From positions 63,612,001 through 63,676,000 of the forward strand of contig CM060733.1 of assembly GCA_030704615.1 (NCBI GenBank): a DNA stretch of 64,000 bases. The letters are read 5' to 3'. Below the pieces are notes generated by a model. That model searched no databases. It had not been told where the DNA came from and was given only the letters and a program-made list of their open reading frames with translations. Source of the stretch: Takakia lepidozioides (lineage: Eukaryota > Plantae > Bryophyta). Below are positions 37,850 to 48,332 of the stretch, piece by piece. Every line of letters begins with the position of its first letter. Position 1 is the stretch's first letter. Position numbers and translations under genes: made by a program.

Positions 37850-38800
37850 TTCACTACACTAGTGGTATGTGTTCCTCTAGTCATGTTCCTAATCACTTGC
37901 ACGCCATTGTAATAGTGGTATAATTTAAAACTGTAAGAGTAGCCAAATACACACAATTGCCTCCATTACCACTCCTGTAGTGGTATAAGTAATCACCTAT
38001 ATATTACTGTATTAGTGGTATGAATTCCTCCAGTGGTATTCCGAATCACTTACACACCACTCTGTTAGTAATCATTCCAATCCATAGTTCCCACTCAGAG
38101 AGACACCATGGATGATTCAAACAGCTTACATACCATTATGTGGATAATCATTCCAATGACCTGTTGAGAGATGTCATCCACTCACATAACCACGGTTTGA
38201 GTGATATTGTATATTCTCAGATTTCATATAATGACTCTGTGAGTCATTTCGCGATCACTCAACAAGTGGTTTCGGAAGTCATTGAATTTTTCACTCCATC
38301 CATTTTGTAGCACCGACACATGACACGTGTCCATGCTGAGAGTGTCGCCACCTGTCAACATAATCTCCAATATCATCCACGAACCACCGACTTCCACGTG
38401 TCCACTAGAAAACGGAAGTGGTTACTTTACCACTGTGACACGTCAGTTTACCACGATGACACGTCAGAAGTGGTTGGTTTACCTCAGTGACACGTCACAG
38501 TGGTTAATTTACCACTGTGACATGTCAGCAAACAGGTGGACCCGGACGTGAGTGGTTCGAACCACTGTCCTTAACCACTGATGCCACATAATGTCTTTTA
38601 CCACTCTCTTGTCCTAATCCACTAGTTCTTCATCACTCTGGGGCCAGAGTGGTTTAGTGTCTTTTACCACTCTAAATGAGTGGTTAACAGAGTGGTTATT
38701 CCGCGTTTTCCTTCTAGTGCACATAAGCCCCCCCTATTTCCGTGGAACGGAAGGCGTTTACCACGGCCAATATTTCCCAACTTTATTTTCCGATAGTACT
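37850..38800. repeat. ACCACT/AGTGGT-rich non-coding tract with TGACACGTCA repeats
   Basis: Dense short motifs in both orientations; TGACA(C/T)GTCA at 38436, 38457, 38488 and 38518. Confidence 0.5.
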
Positions 38801-39511
38801 GCTCCCTCATCCCAATCCGATCCGTTCGTGAAACCAGGGGAGGTTTGTGGATGGTTTTCGAGCATGGCACAAGATATTTCACAAAGTACAATGTCCGGTA
38901 GCGCAATGAACATGAATGATAATGCATTTTTTCTAACGTAGTTCCTTCCTCCGAATTCACATACACTTTCCAATGTTTGACGATCTCTAGACATACACCA
39001 GGAAATCCCTAAAGTTGCTTTGCGGTATGCGTGAAAAGAAGACAGTAGGGGGGCTGCTATTTCATGAGCCATGAGCCATGAGCGGCATGAGCCATGAGCA
39101 GAGTCGTAAGTGTGGAAAAAAACATGAGCAGCACTATTTTCCGGAAATGAGTGTCCGCGGGAATAGGGTTTAGGGTTCCACGGTCATAGGGGGAGAAGGA
39201 CCTCCCGATGAAGGAGGTTCGGCAATGTTATTTAGAATTATATATTGAAAGGCAATGTTTCGCGAATGGTAGGGTGGTACTGCTCTGTACAATGGGGGCC
39301 CATTTCAGCCTACCAGCCATTTGCAAAATTCACCCACACTCCCAATCCCAAACGAAATGAGCAATGACGCATTCTCGGAACGATGGACACAGAATAGAAT
39401 AAAAAGAGGGCACAATGAGGTTTTTATTGATCCACATGAATTGCATTTGAAGCACGTCTACTGTGCTGATTGTGCCATCAAATCTTGAGCCCTGTGCCTA
39501 CTGAATACAAG

Positions 39512-40075
39512 TCACGTTGTCAATGGGACTTCGACTGCTCTCAGAACTAGCTCATGAGTCATGGGGCTCCTCCATGTAAAGTCGATTGCAGCCGTTGTAC
39601 CGCCCCTAGTGATGTTCACCACAATGTCCTGCCCTTCAATCATACCACCATCGAATATGGAAATCTTCACGTTTTCGTCGTCCACACCAATGCGAATGTC
39701 CCCATACAATGGAGAAGAGGAGCGCACTCCTCGAGGAGAATAGGTCTCTCCGATGGAGTCCACCCACGTCCAGTGGCAGCAGTTCCACCGCAACAGCATA
39801 GCAGTGCGCCTTCTTCTGCATGGGTGACCGTCGTAACAGGGAAAATCGGAATCGAGGATGCGCAGGAGCCACGGACTCCTCAGACCAAGATCGTCACCCC
39901 GCTCGAAGGCGTAGTGGCCTAGGATATACTCAAAAGCCACCAATGTTTCCACAATCGAACCAGTATCTTCTGTGTAATCTGTGTACCAGATAACAATGTC
40001 TCCCGATGTGGCCGAATACATTGCATAATCGATGCCTCCAAAGGGGCAGTCGTCCCGGTTCCGGAAGCACGACAT
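39512..40075 (-). CDS. Accessory ORF X1 (unknown RWNCC family, ~187 aa)
   Basis: Open frame: GDIVIW...FERG...PWLLRILDSDFP...RTAMLLRWNCCHWT...YGDI...FDGG.I.G.DI. Confidence 0.7.
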   Translation of the reverse strand: MSCFRNRDDCPFGGIDYAMYSATSGDIVIWYTDYTEDTGSIVETLVAFEYILGHYAFERGDDLGLRSPWLLRILDSDFPCYDGHPCRRRRTAMLLRWNCCHWTWVDSIGETYSPRGVRSSSPLYGDIRIGVDDENVKISIFDGGMIEGQDIVVNITRGGTTAAIDFTWRSPMTHELVLRAVEVPLTT

Positions 40076-40624
40076 CCTTGCAAAGGAGGACCTGAGGACG
40101 ACTTGGATGCCGATGACCTTGCGGACAGCTACGAAGCCCTTAGATTTTGGAAATGATACGAAGCGGAAGAGCAGTCCGGCCTCCAATAATGGAGCATCTG
40201 GGTCACACGTACCCACCGACGGAGGTGGAACGTGTTCATCACGGCAGCGGTGGATGAACCCATACATCTTTCTCATCAACAAGTTATAGTTTGAGATCTG
40301 CCACCGAAGTCCATCCCCCGGATGGAAATTCGGCGCCGCATTTACATCGAAGAGGGGATGGACTTCGTCGTGTCCAGTGGCTATCGGCCCACCTGGCAGT
40401 GACTGCCCATAGTTTGCATGGCAGGGTAGGAAACAGAAACGGCTACATTCATGCAGCAGCCAATCTTCATCGGTCCAGGATCCTGTAGGGGGGAAATTTA
40501 AATGTGCCCTGGAGTGTTTGTGAGGAATTGCAGCGTTAGCTTGAACTTTTTCCAGCCACCGCGCTGCTCCTCCTCCATCCGGGAGCTGCTGTCATTGAGC
40601 GTACTCCGCTACTCTTTTTCAAGG

Positions 40625-41203
40625 ATGCCGTGCCGCCGAAATCCAGCCGACTGCCCTTATCATGGCCACGATTATGCTATGTTCAAACCAGAATCAGGAG
40701 ACATCATTGTCTGGCTCTCTGTTTTCACAGACGCTGCTGGAATCAAGCAAGAGTCTTTGCGCGCAATGGAGTATCTGGAGGGCTATTACCGCTTTGAGCG
40801 AGGTGAGGGCAAGGGTCAATGCGGTCCGTGGGTCCTGAAAATTGTTGACCTCGATATACCAAGCTGGAAAGGGATGCCGGACAGATCACGCACTGCCTCG
40901 CTTTGGCGCTGGAACTGCTGCCAGTGGACCAGGGAGGACGGCACCGGGGAAAACTATATACGTGCAGATCACTCCGCTCTTCCAGTGTATGGAGACATTC
41001 GGCTGCGTTGCGAAGACGAATCGCACGGGCACATGAGGCCCACAGTGACCTTGTCAATGTATGATGGTGGTATCATTGATGGACATGACATTGTCGTCGG
41101 CTCCAGCAAGGGCAGCAGAACGACCGAATTGCAGTTTACCTCGAGGTGCCGCAGCAGTGATGAGCTTGTTTTGAGGGGTATCGAAGTTCCGTCGACTTGG
41201 TGA
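40625..41203 (+). CDS. Accessory ORF X2 (unknown RWNCC family, ~192 aa)
   Basis: Open frame, paralog of X1 in divergent orientation. Confidence 0.7.
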   Translation: MPCRRNPADCPYHGHDYAMFKPESGDIIVWLSVFTDAAGIKQESLRAMEYLEGYYRFERGEGKGQCGPWVLKIVDLDIPSWKGMPDRSRTASLWRWNCCQWTREDGTGENYIRADHSALPVYGDIRLRCEDESHGHMRPTVTLSMYDGGIIDGHDIVVGSSKGSRTTELQFTSRCRSSDELVLRGIEVPSTW

Positions 41204-41460
41204 AGCCCATGTAGAAGGAGGAAGGGCTTAGTTTTGTCTGCAGTTGGTAAATGTGAGACATCGTGTCCGATCAATAAACCCATCGTACCTCACTTCTGTA
41301 TGATTGTGTTTCATTGTGTTGAATAACTGTCGGAATTGGCCCACTGTTTACAATTTGATGTCTCATTTCTACAATGTGTCTGTCCGGATGAATATAGCAG
41401 AGTAACCGTTATGTGAGTGATGTGTCAAGAATATACCAGAGTAACGCCATGTCGGACATT

Positions 41461-42220
41461 GAAATGCGGCACCGCATTTCCATGTCGGCATCGAAATGGG
41501 GCGCCGCATTACCATGTCGGCATCGAAATGCGGCGCCGCATTTCCATGTCGGGATCGAAATGCGGTGCATCATTTCCGTCCAGGTACACGAAATACCAAC
41601 ACGGGTCTATAAATTGATCAGAAAACGAGGTTGGCATTGCAAATGCGGCGACGCATTTCCAGCTTGGCAATGGAAACTTCTTTTTGGACAAGGGAATGCG
41701 GTGCCGCATTTCCGTACAACACTTCGAAAAGTGTGACATTTCCGACCAGCGCGATGGAATGCGTTACCGCATTTCCGAGAGAGGGTCTGCAAATGGACAA
41801 ATTGCGATGTCCGTTCTGGAAATGCGGCGCCGCATTTCCATGTCCGTCATCGACTTTTTTTTACAATGGAATGCGGTGCCAATTTTTTGCTGATGGGCCT
41901 GCAGTTCGAACAACGACCATCCCCAATACTGAAATGCGGCACCGCATTTTCAATCCCGCCATCTCGACCTCCTTGCTCGACCTCGTTGTTCGACCTCTGT
42001 AAGCGTGGTGGCATCCATGCGATGAGCGGGAGAGGCCAAAACTGGCGTGTGGACAAAGGAAATTTTGGAAATGCGGCACCGCATTTCCAATTCAGATTAC
42101 TTTTTACTATGCCAACATTGAAATGGAAAATTTAGTCCCTCCCCTGTTTTGGAAATGCGGTGCCGCATTTCCAAAAGAGGTTCTTAGAGTTCCCTGTTTT
42201 GGAAATGCGGTGCCCCATTT
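41461..42220. repeat. Second family-X palindrome cluster
   Basis: 13 copies of GAAATGCGG-NN-CCGCATTT between the convergent 3' ends of X2 and the MTase gene. Confidence 0.9.
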
Positions 42221-42358
42221 CTGATTTTGGGAGCGTCGTGGTTTGGGCGATTGTGTGGCTGGAATGCACACTGGAGAGGGGTCACGAATGTCGGGCAGAA
42301 TTTCCTTTATATACTCTGGAAGAGAATTTACATTTACAGAGACTTCATTAAAATTCTA

Positions 42359-45306
42359 TTAATCTTGAAAATCATCCGAATCCTCATCCTGTTCTAGACT
42401 GTCCTGCTCATCCTCCACCCCCTCAGTGCCTCTCTCATCTCCAGCGGACTGCTCGTTGGCCAGGCTTTCGAAAATCCCATCTTCCCCTTGCGGAACTGTC
42501 CATCTCACCTCCGTTGGGTCGTCTTCCTCCCTGTCTGCGTCGCTCTCATCCGCTGAATCACATATGTACTTTCGTACCCGTCTACCTGTCTGAGCTGCTG
42601 CCAACTCTTTCCTTATCCTTCTGTCCTCCCTAGCCCTCTCCAAAATCTGCTCTACTTTACTGGGATTCTCACTTCTTCTAATCGTTGTATTTGCGAGTTT
42701 AGCTGCATAACTAGGAAGGGAGTAGTCCCTCACCGGGCTCGTCATGAAATCGGCCCTCGCAAAGAACGGGACATTCTTCCTGGCAGGAAGTGTAGGCCCT
42801 ACATGTTTCGACCCGAACCCTGCTATCCTGCACATGACAATCATCAACGAGACTAATGAGAACCACAGTCGGGAAATTCGTTTGACATAAATGACCCAGA
42901 AGGCTTTGCAAACTTACAATGTTTGCACTCACTCGTATTCCGGGTTCTCCTCCGCATCAATGTCCAGTGTGTCTTCCTCGGACTCCGACGAATCCGAGGA
43001 GACTTCCGCTCTGTCGGGAGCCTTCACATTCCGTTGCAGCCCCTCCAGATGGGATCCCCACACGGATGAATCCTCTTCGTAGGCAAAGAGGTGCCGGTCG
43101 GAAAACCGCCCAGCCCACATTGAGGCACCTGTTACAATGCCATCCACACATTACCACATGGCGCTTCAGATGTTGCGAACTACATCCTAACGAGAATTTG
43201 CAGAACAGCATAGATCAAGATTCTGCATACCTGTCCCACAGATGAGGTCGAGCACTGTGCCCTCCACGTCTGTGCATGTCTCCATAATTGTCTGAATGAA
43301 GGCAGGGCTCCGAGTCCGTGAGTACCGCAGGGGTTCCGTTGAAGTGAGGCTATGAGGGAGAAGTTCCTTGGGAACGTTGTTGAACAGAACGTCGTAATCG
43401 AGTGGGTCGCAGTTCGGGTCAACCTTTCCTCCCTCCTTCCGGAAAGCAAAGGTGGAGTTCTCCTTCACAAAGCAGTATGCATCGAACTGCTTCGTCTGCA
43501 TACACAGGGGGAAAACGATTAGAAACCGAATGCGGCACCGCATTTGAAAACACCCAAGCAAATGAATGGACGAGTGCCAGTGTCGTAATCACCTTCTTCC
43601 CTTCCGACCGAAGGCCCAATGTGTTGATGCACGTCCACTTCTTTTTCAGAATCGGGACGGCGCTCTTGCGGGTCCACTTCGCAATTCCTGTCTGAGTGTT
43701 TTTTCCTCTGCTCGCCAGGACAACCACACAGCCTCTGTCGTCCAACACCATGCGGGCAAGCCCGAATCCTTTCTTCCAAAAGTCCTCCGAGTACCTGTTC
43801 CAAGATGGCAAAGCTTGCAGTCCTTCCATAGGCTCTCCGTCCGGAATATCCAAGATGATCATATCGCAAGACCACTCGGTGGCATTTCCGCCCCTCCTAC
43901 AATCCTTGTCTGCACACACCCTCTCAAAGAACGAGACCATATTCTGAAATCATGGGGTGTCGGAAGGCTCTTCGGCAGTTGCCTTCTTCAGTGCTCTGCC
44001 CTTCAGACCCTCCATGGTCTTCAGGTATGCCAACTTGGCTGCCCGTCCATCCAAAGCCGCCAAGAAACTCTCATTTACACACTGGACTACAGTTTCGGGA
44101 GCCACTTTCGGCCTCTTCATTTCCACCGGCTCGAAAGGGTGCCCCCCTGGGGGGTTGAAGAGTGCCCTTTTTGCCAAGCCAGTTCTCGTGCCTCTCATGA
44201 CAACGGTGGGCACAGGGGAGGCAGCCTGCGTTTGGGGGGGTGGGCTGGTTGCAAAGTCTCCATCGGAGTCCTCTTCCTCACCCTCTTCCTGAACAGGCTG
44301 TTTCTGCTTCTTCGTTTTGGCGGGTGTCACAACAGCTGCTCCTTGCTGGCGAGTCCTCTTCTTCGACCCCTTCTGTTGGGCCTGCACAGCTGCATCCACC
44401 GTCTTTTGTGCCATCTCAGCTGCCTTTCTGGATTCTTCCAGAGCAGCAGATTCCTTTGCCGACTTTGGCCCAGCAGGGACACGTCTTTCCTTTCTCTTCT
44501 CTTCTGCCAAGGCGTGCAGATCTTTCTCAGACTCGTCAACAATACCGCCAGACATGTCCAGGTACCACGGGCATCCAACAAGATGCGCGGGATGCCATTG
44601 TTTCTGCATCTCGGGTGTGTAGACACAGCTTGGGCCCGCCATGGTCCAAGCCATGAAGAACGGGGGCTCTTGAGCCAGGGCCCCTGTCTGAAGGAGCACG
44701 TATTTCATATACCTGCAAGGCAGTCAGCATGCGTGAGCAAAAGTTGAGACCAACCTACTGGCAGAGTGCCACCAAAAACATAAAATGCGAATGCGGTGCC
44801 GCATTTCCGAGACAAACCTCGTAACCAGGCTTCGCATACAAGGGCAGCTGTGCTTCACCTGTAAACAATTCGCATTGCAGCTTTCCCAGCTCCCTCCTGA
44901 TGTGTATACTCCACGCTCCTTCTTGCTGTCTGTAGCTCTCTGGCGAAAAGGTTGTCCTTGTACGCACATCTGAAACGTGTCACGTAGTCTTCCAATGTCT
45001 GTGTTCCATCCCATTTGACGTACAAGCCGAACGAATTTGTGTGCATTACGACTTGCTCCTTCGCATTCGACATTACCTGCGATTCCCAAATCCATTGTCA
45101 CGTAGCAGTTCAGGGAATTCATGTCAGAAAAGCAAATCTGGGGAAGTACCTTGAATTACCTGGAACCACCAAGTCATACGGTTGAGCCACACATCCACTG
45201 CAGGGTCGGAAACTTCCAGTGGAAAAGACCACATTGTCCTTATGCTCTCGGATGCATTCCAGATCGACAGCCACCGTGTCTGCCATTTCCGATCCAATGT
45301 CAGGAG
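42359..45306 (-). pseudogene. C-terminal exons of the X ParB/Srx-MTase fusion gene (beta-class N4/N6 MTase-like)
   Basis: Multi-exon; CDMIILDIPDG (motif IV position) precedes RSPAFIQTIMETCTDVEGTVLDLICGTG|ASMWAGRFSDRHLFAYEED (motifs X-I-II); acidic tail; one premature TGA at 43950-43952. Confidence 0.8.
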
Positions 45307-45386
45307 CTGGAAGAGAGTGAAAACATGCAGATATTGGAGGCCTCCTATTGGGACCTCCTCCACAGCGTCGTGAAATTCGCAAACAT

Positions 45387-46134
45387 CTAGGACAAACCTG
45401 TTCCGATTCTCCCTTAGTGTCAACAATATATTCCCTGGCCCAGAAGAGTGAGTGAGCAACTCAAGAGCCCTATCCGGGACGTGACCTCTATAGATATCTT
45501 GTATCTTTATGTTCGCCATCTTAATCCAGAAAACGGCAATGCGCAGTGGACGAGTACCGCACCACTCCTAATTCTGGACCTGTGGTTCGACGACTCGGTG
45601 GTTCGTGTTGTGAATGTCAACGCAGCAGCATAGCGCGGTAAGGATCATTGTGGAGGGTGATTGGAGGGCACAGGCTCCGGGATATGGTAGTTCCACAGGT
45701 TTCTTATGCCGCAGTGGTATTTCTGATGATGGAAGCTCGGAGTAGTCGCTGTACAAAATTAGAACTTGTGGTTGCCTGATGTTTTTATTTAGAGCGTCAT
45801 ATCAATGTGGGCTTGATGTTGAGTTGAATGGGGTTTGCAAGTTCAACTGTCATCTGACCTTGAATGTATTATCTTGTCAGCACAATGGCTTGTGAGGGCT
45901 ACAATTTTGTGTCTCTTTCCAGTCCTGCACAATGTTTTACAGTGGTGACGTGGAGTAACGGCGCCGAAATACCTCATTCCGCATCCTGGACCAGGAGAAA
46001 CAGACCCTATTACCGAGGTAAGAGGACATAACACCGTCAATAAAGGCACGAAAATTCCAATTCCGCGGATGCCCGCTCATGAGCTCATAGGTCATAGGCT
46101 CATGGGCTCATGGGCTCGTGAAATAGTAAACCTC
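45387..46134. mobile_element. Mutator-like element Y, displaced terminal segment
   Basis: Ends ...GCTCGTGAAATAGTAAACCTC; shares ATGCCCGCTCATGAGCTCAT with the 36440 end; Y-type motif at ~45958; followed by TSD CCCTACTTAT. Confidence 0.85.
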
Positions 46135-46702
46135 CCCTACTTATCACCCATGCAAAATTCAACATGCATCTCAGGGCCAAGTCTGATGAGAGGGCAAAAC
46201 AAGCTGAAACGTGCCCTCACCACATTGTCCTTGATCCATGGAGGATTTGACCGACCATCAACCCAAAAGGACCTCTTGTGTGTGTTGTTTGTCTGTAGTC
46301 AGGTAATGTCGGATTGGTCTGTGAGAACCACCACGGTGCAACTGAGCAGGCAGAGATTGAAACACGGCCTACTAAGACCTGCAAGCTGACTCTCCCAAGA
46401 ACCTTGTAAACATTAGGAAGAATACCAAATCATGGTACTCACAGGAGTCAAGAGCCCACCTTTGCAGGATGGACGAACTTCTTCACATCATACATTAAGA
46501 AAAGCCACACCTGGTGATTGTGGTTGTCCCACCATCGTGAAAGATCGGTATAAAACTCATGCAACCTCACATCACGAACGAGCTAACTTGCAGAATTCTA
46601 CATGGAAATTTATGGACTATCAGGCCTGAGTCTAATAAGAGGGCAAAACAGGCTGAAATAGGTTGAAGAAGAAGGTGCCCTCACGGCCTGCTAAGACCAA
46701 GC
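46135..46702. repeat. CACTA-family internal repeat (target of the Y insertion)
   Basis: Highly similar to 32083-32960. Confidence 0.75.
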
Positions 46703-48298
46703 TGTCGCGCACCTCACTTCGGTAAGCTCCCCTTCAAGTCATAGTTACTTGCTTTGATGCGCGCGCCTAACTCCCAACCTGGCCGCCGGGCCAACTCGGA
46801 GCTTCGGCTGCTCACCGGGACATAACGGTCCCCCTTTTCTCCCCCAATAGACCCTCCACCAATTTGGGCCTAGTGGAAATTCCCTTTGGTAGATGGCAGT
46901 CCGGAATAGCTCCCCACTTCTTGGTCGCTTTCCGGCTCGCTCGCTTACTCACTAGTTTTTGGTCACCAACGGGCTTGCACCGTTCTCGGGGTTACTACTG
47001 CCTATATATACTTCTGTGACTGTCCGCGGGGGTTTCACAAACAACCATGCCATTTTATGGCGAACCACCACGAAGACCCTCGATTCCCAGTGACGAGTCG
47101 CGGTGAGTCTTGGCCCACCCACCACGGCCCCATTGGACCGTGGTGAGTCCCAACACTCCCCACGACTCCCACCACAAGATCTCCGCCCCACGCTGAGTCC
47201 TATGCCACCCCCACTAAGTCCCACTAAGCTACCTCCACCCCTTGTGGAGCCACCCCCACCACAACCCGGTGTGCGGGGCTCCACCTAGTGAGCGCCTCCG
47301 CCTCCTTGAGTGCTTTGGGCACTCAAGGGTGCTTCAGCCCCCCGTACCTATTGCTGCCACCGCCTTACCACAGGGGTAGCCCTTCTGCGTCCCGACCCCC
47401 TGCCCTCAAGGCAAAGGACCGCGACACATACCCTTACCAACAGGGAGTCGATGTCCTCATCGACTTGTCCATTTTTGTAGAAACGAACATCCAAGTTGAG
47501 GCGTCCCACATCAAGGAGTTTGTTTCCACACCATGGCGTCCTATGGCAAAGAACCAAACCCCACACTTGACTCTACTCTCCACTAGCTAGTTCGGCCGAC
47601 TTCCTCCAAGTCCCGGCCAAGGGTGGAGCCTCTCAAGCTCCTCCCAGTGCACTCTTCTTGGCCTACTCCAAGGCCAAGGAATGATCCTCCACGAGGATCG
47701 AATCACCTTACTGCAACAGCATTGCTTGCGACCGCTCATGATGCCGCTTTTGGCATCACCCTGAGCAAGGGTTCACCTTGAACCCTTTTTGACTAGGAAG
47801 ATAACCTTGAACTAACCATGCGCCCCAATCACTACAATTGGGTCTGCCTTGGAATGCTGACCTGAGGTACGGGAACACGCCAAAGCCGCACTACGACTTC
47901 ATCCCGAGGCTACACGATTATAGTACGTGAACGGAAGCACGTAGCTTCCACGTTAGTCCGCACTACAAGGCAACCGCCTCGGTAGCGCAGTTATAGTACG
48001 CGCACGCGCTAGGTGCGCACTAGCACGTGAACTCCCAAGGAAGGCGCAAGTTTCCTTGCCCCTTGGATGGGAGTCACCCGATTTCGGCACTACGCAAACA
48101 CACGATTAATCAAATTTATCTCTCCCACTTTTGTAAGCTAGCATACATTCTACACACTAGCCAACCATACCATGCATCACCATTCCAAACAAAATAGGAC
48201 GCACAACATTTGGAAACCATTTCATTTATAACAAAATTTGTACAATACAAGTTTCTGCAATCGGATTCCTGAGCTAGCTAAGCCGGGCTAAGCATGCA
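46703..48298 (-). mobile_element. Probable 3' LTR of a chromovirus
   Basis: On the minus strand it starts TG directly after the purine tract GTGGGGGAGGAAA and ends CA where the host repeat resumes; no second LTR to confirm. Confidence 0.55.
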
Positions 48299-48332
48299 TT
48301 TCCTCCCCCACGATCCAAGGTTGATGTCCCCA

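Larger units (their letters stand above)
39049..45392. mobile_element. Mutator-like element X, right half (inverted)
   Basis: Terminus GGGGGCTGCTATTTCATGAGCC; subterminal layout matches the 10590 end; X-type palindromes; TSD pairs with 10582-10589. Confidence 0.85.

Noticed and set aside
43566-44747. 393-aa plus-strand ORF
   Set aside because: It is the antisense shadow of the MTase gene exons and has no recognisable motif.
39049-46134. A self-contained 7-kb MULE between these two inward-facing ends
   Set aside because: The flanks do not match each other as a TSD; each matches a distant end, and the interior switches family at 45387-45392.
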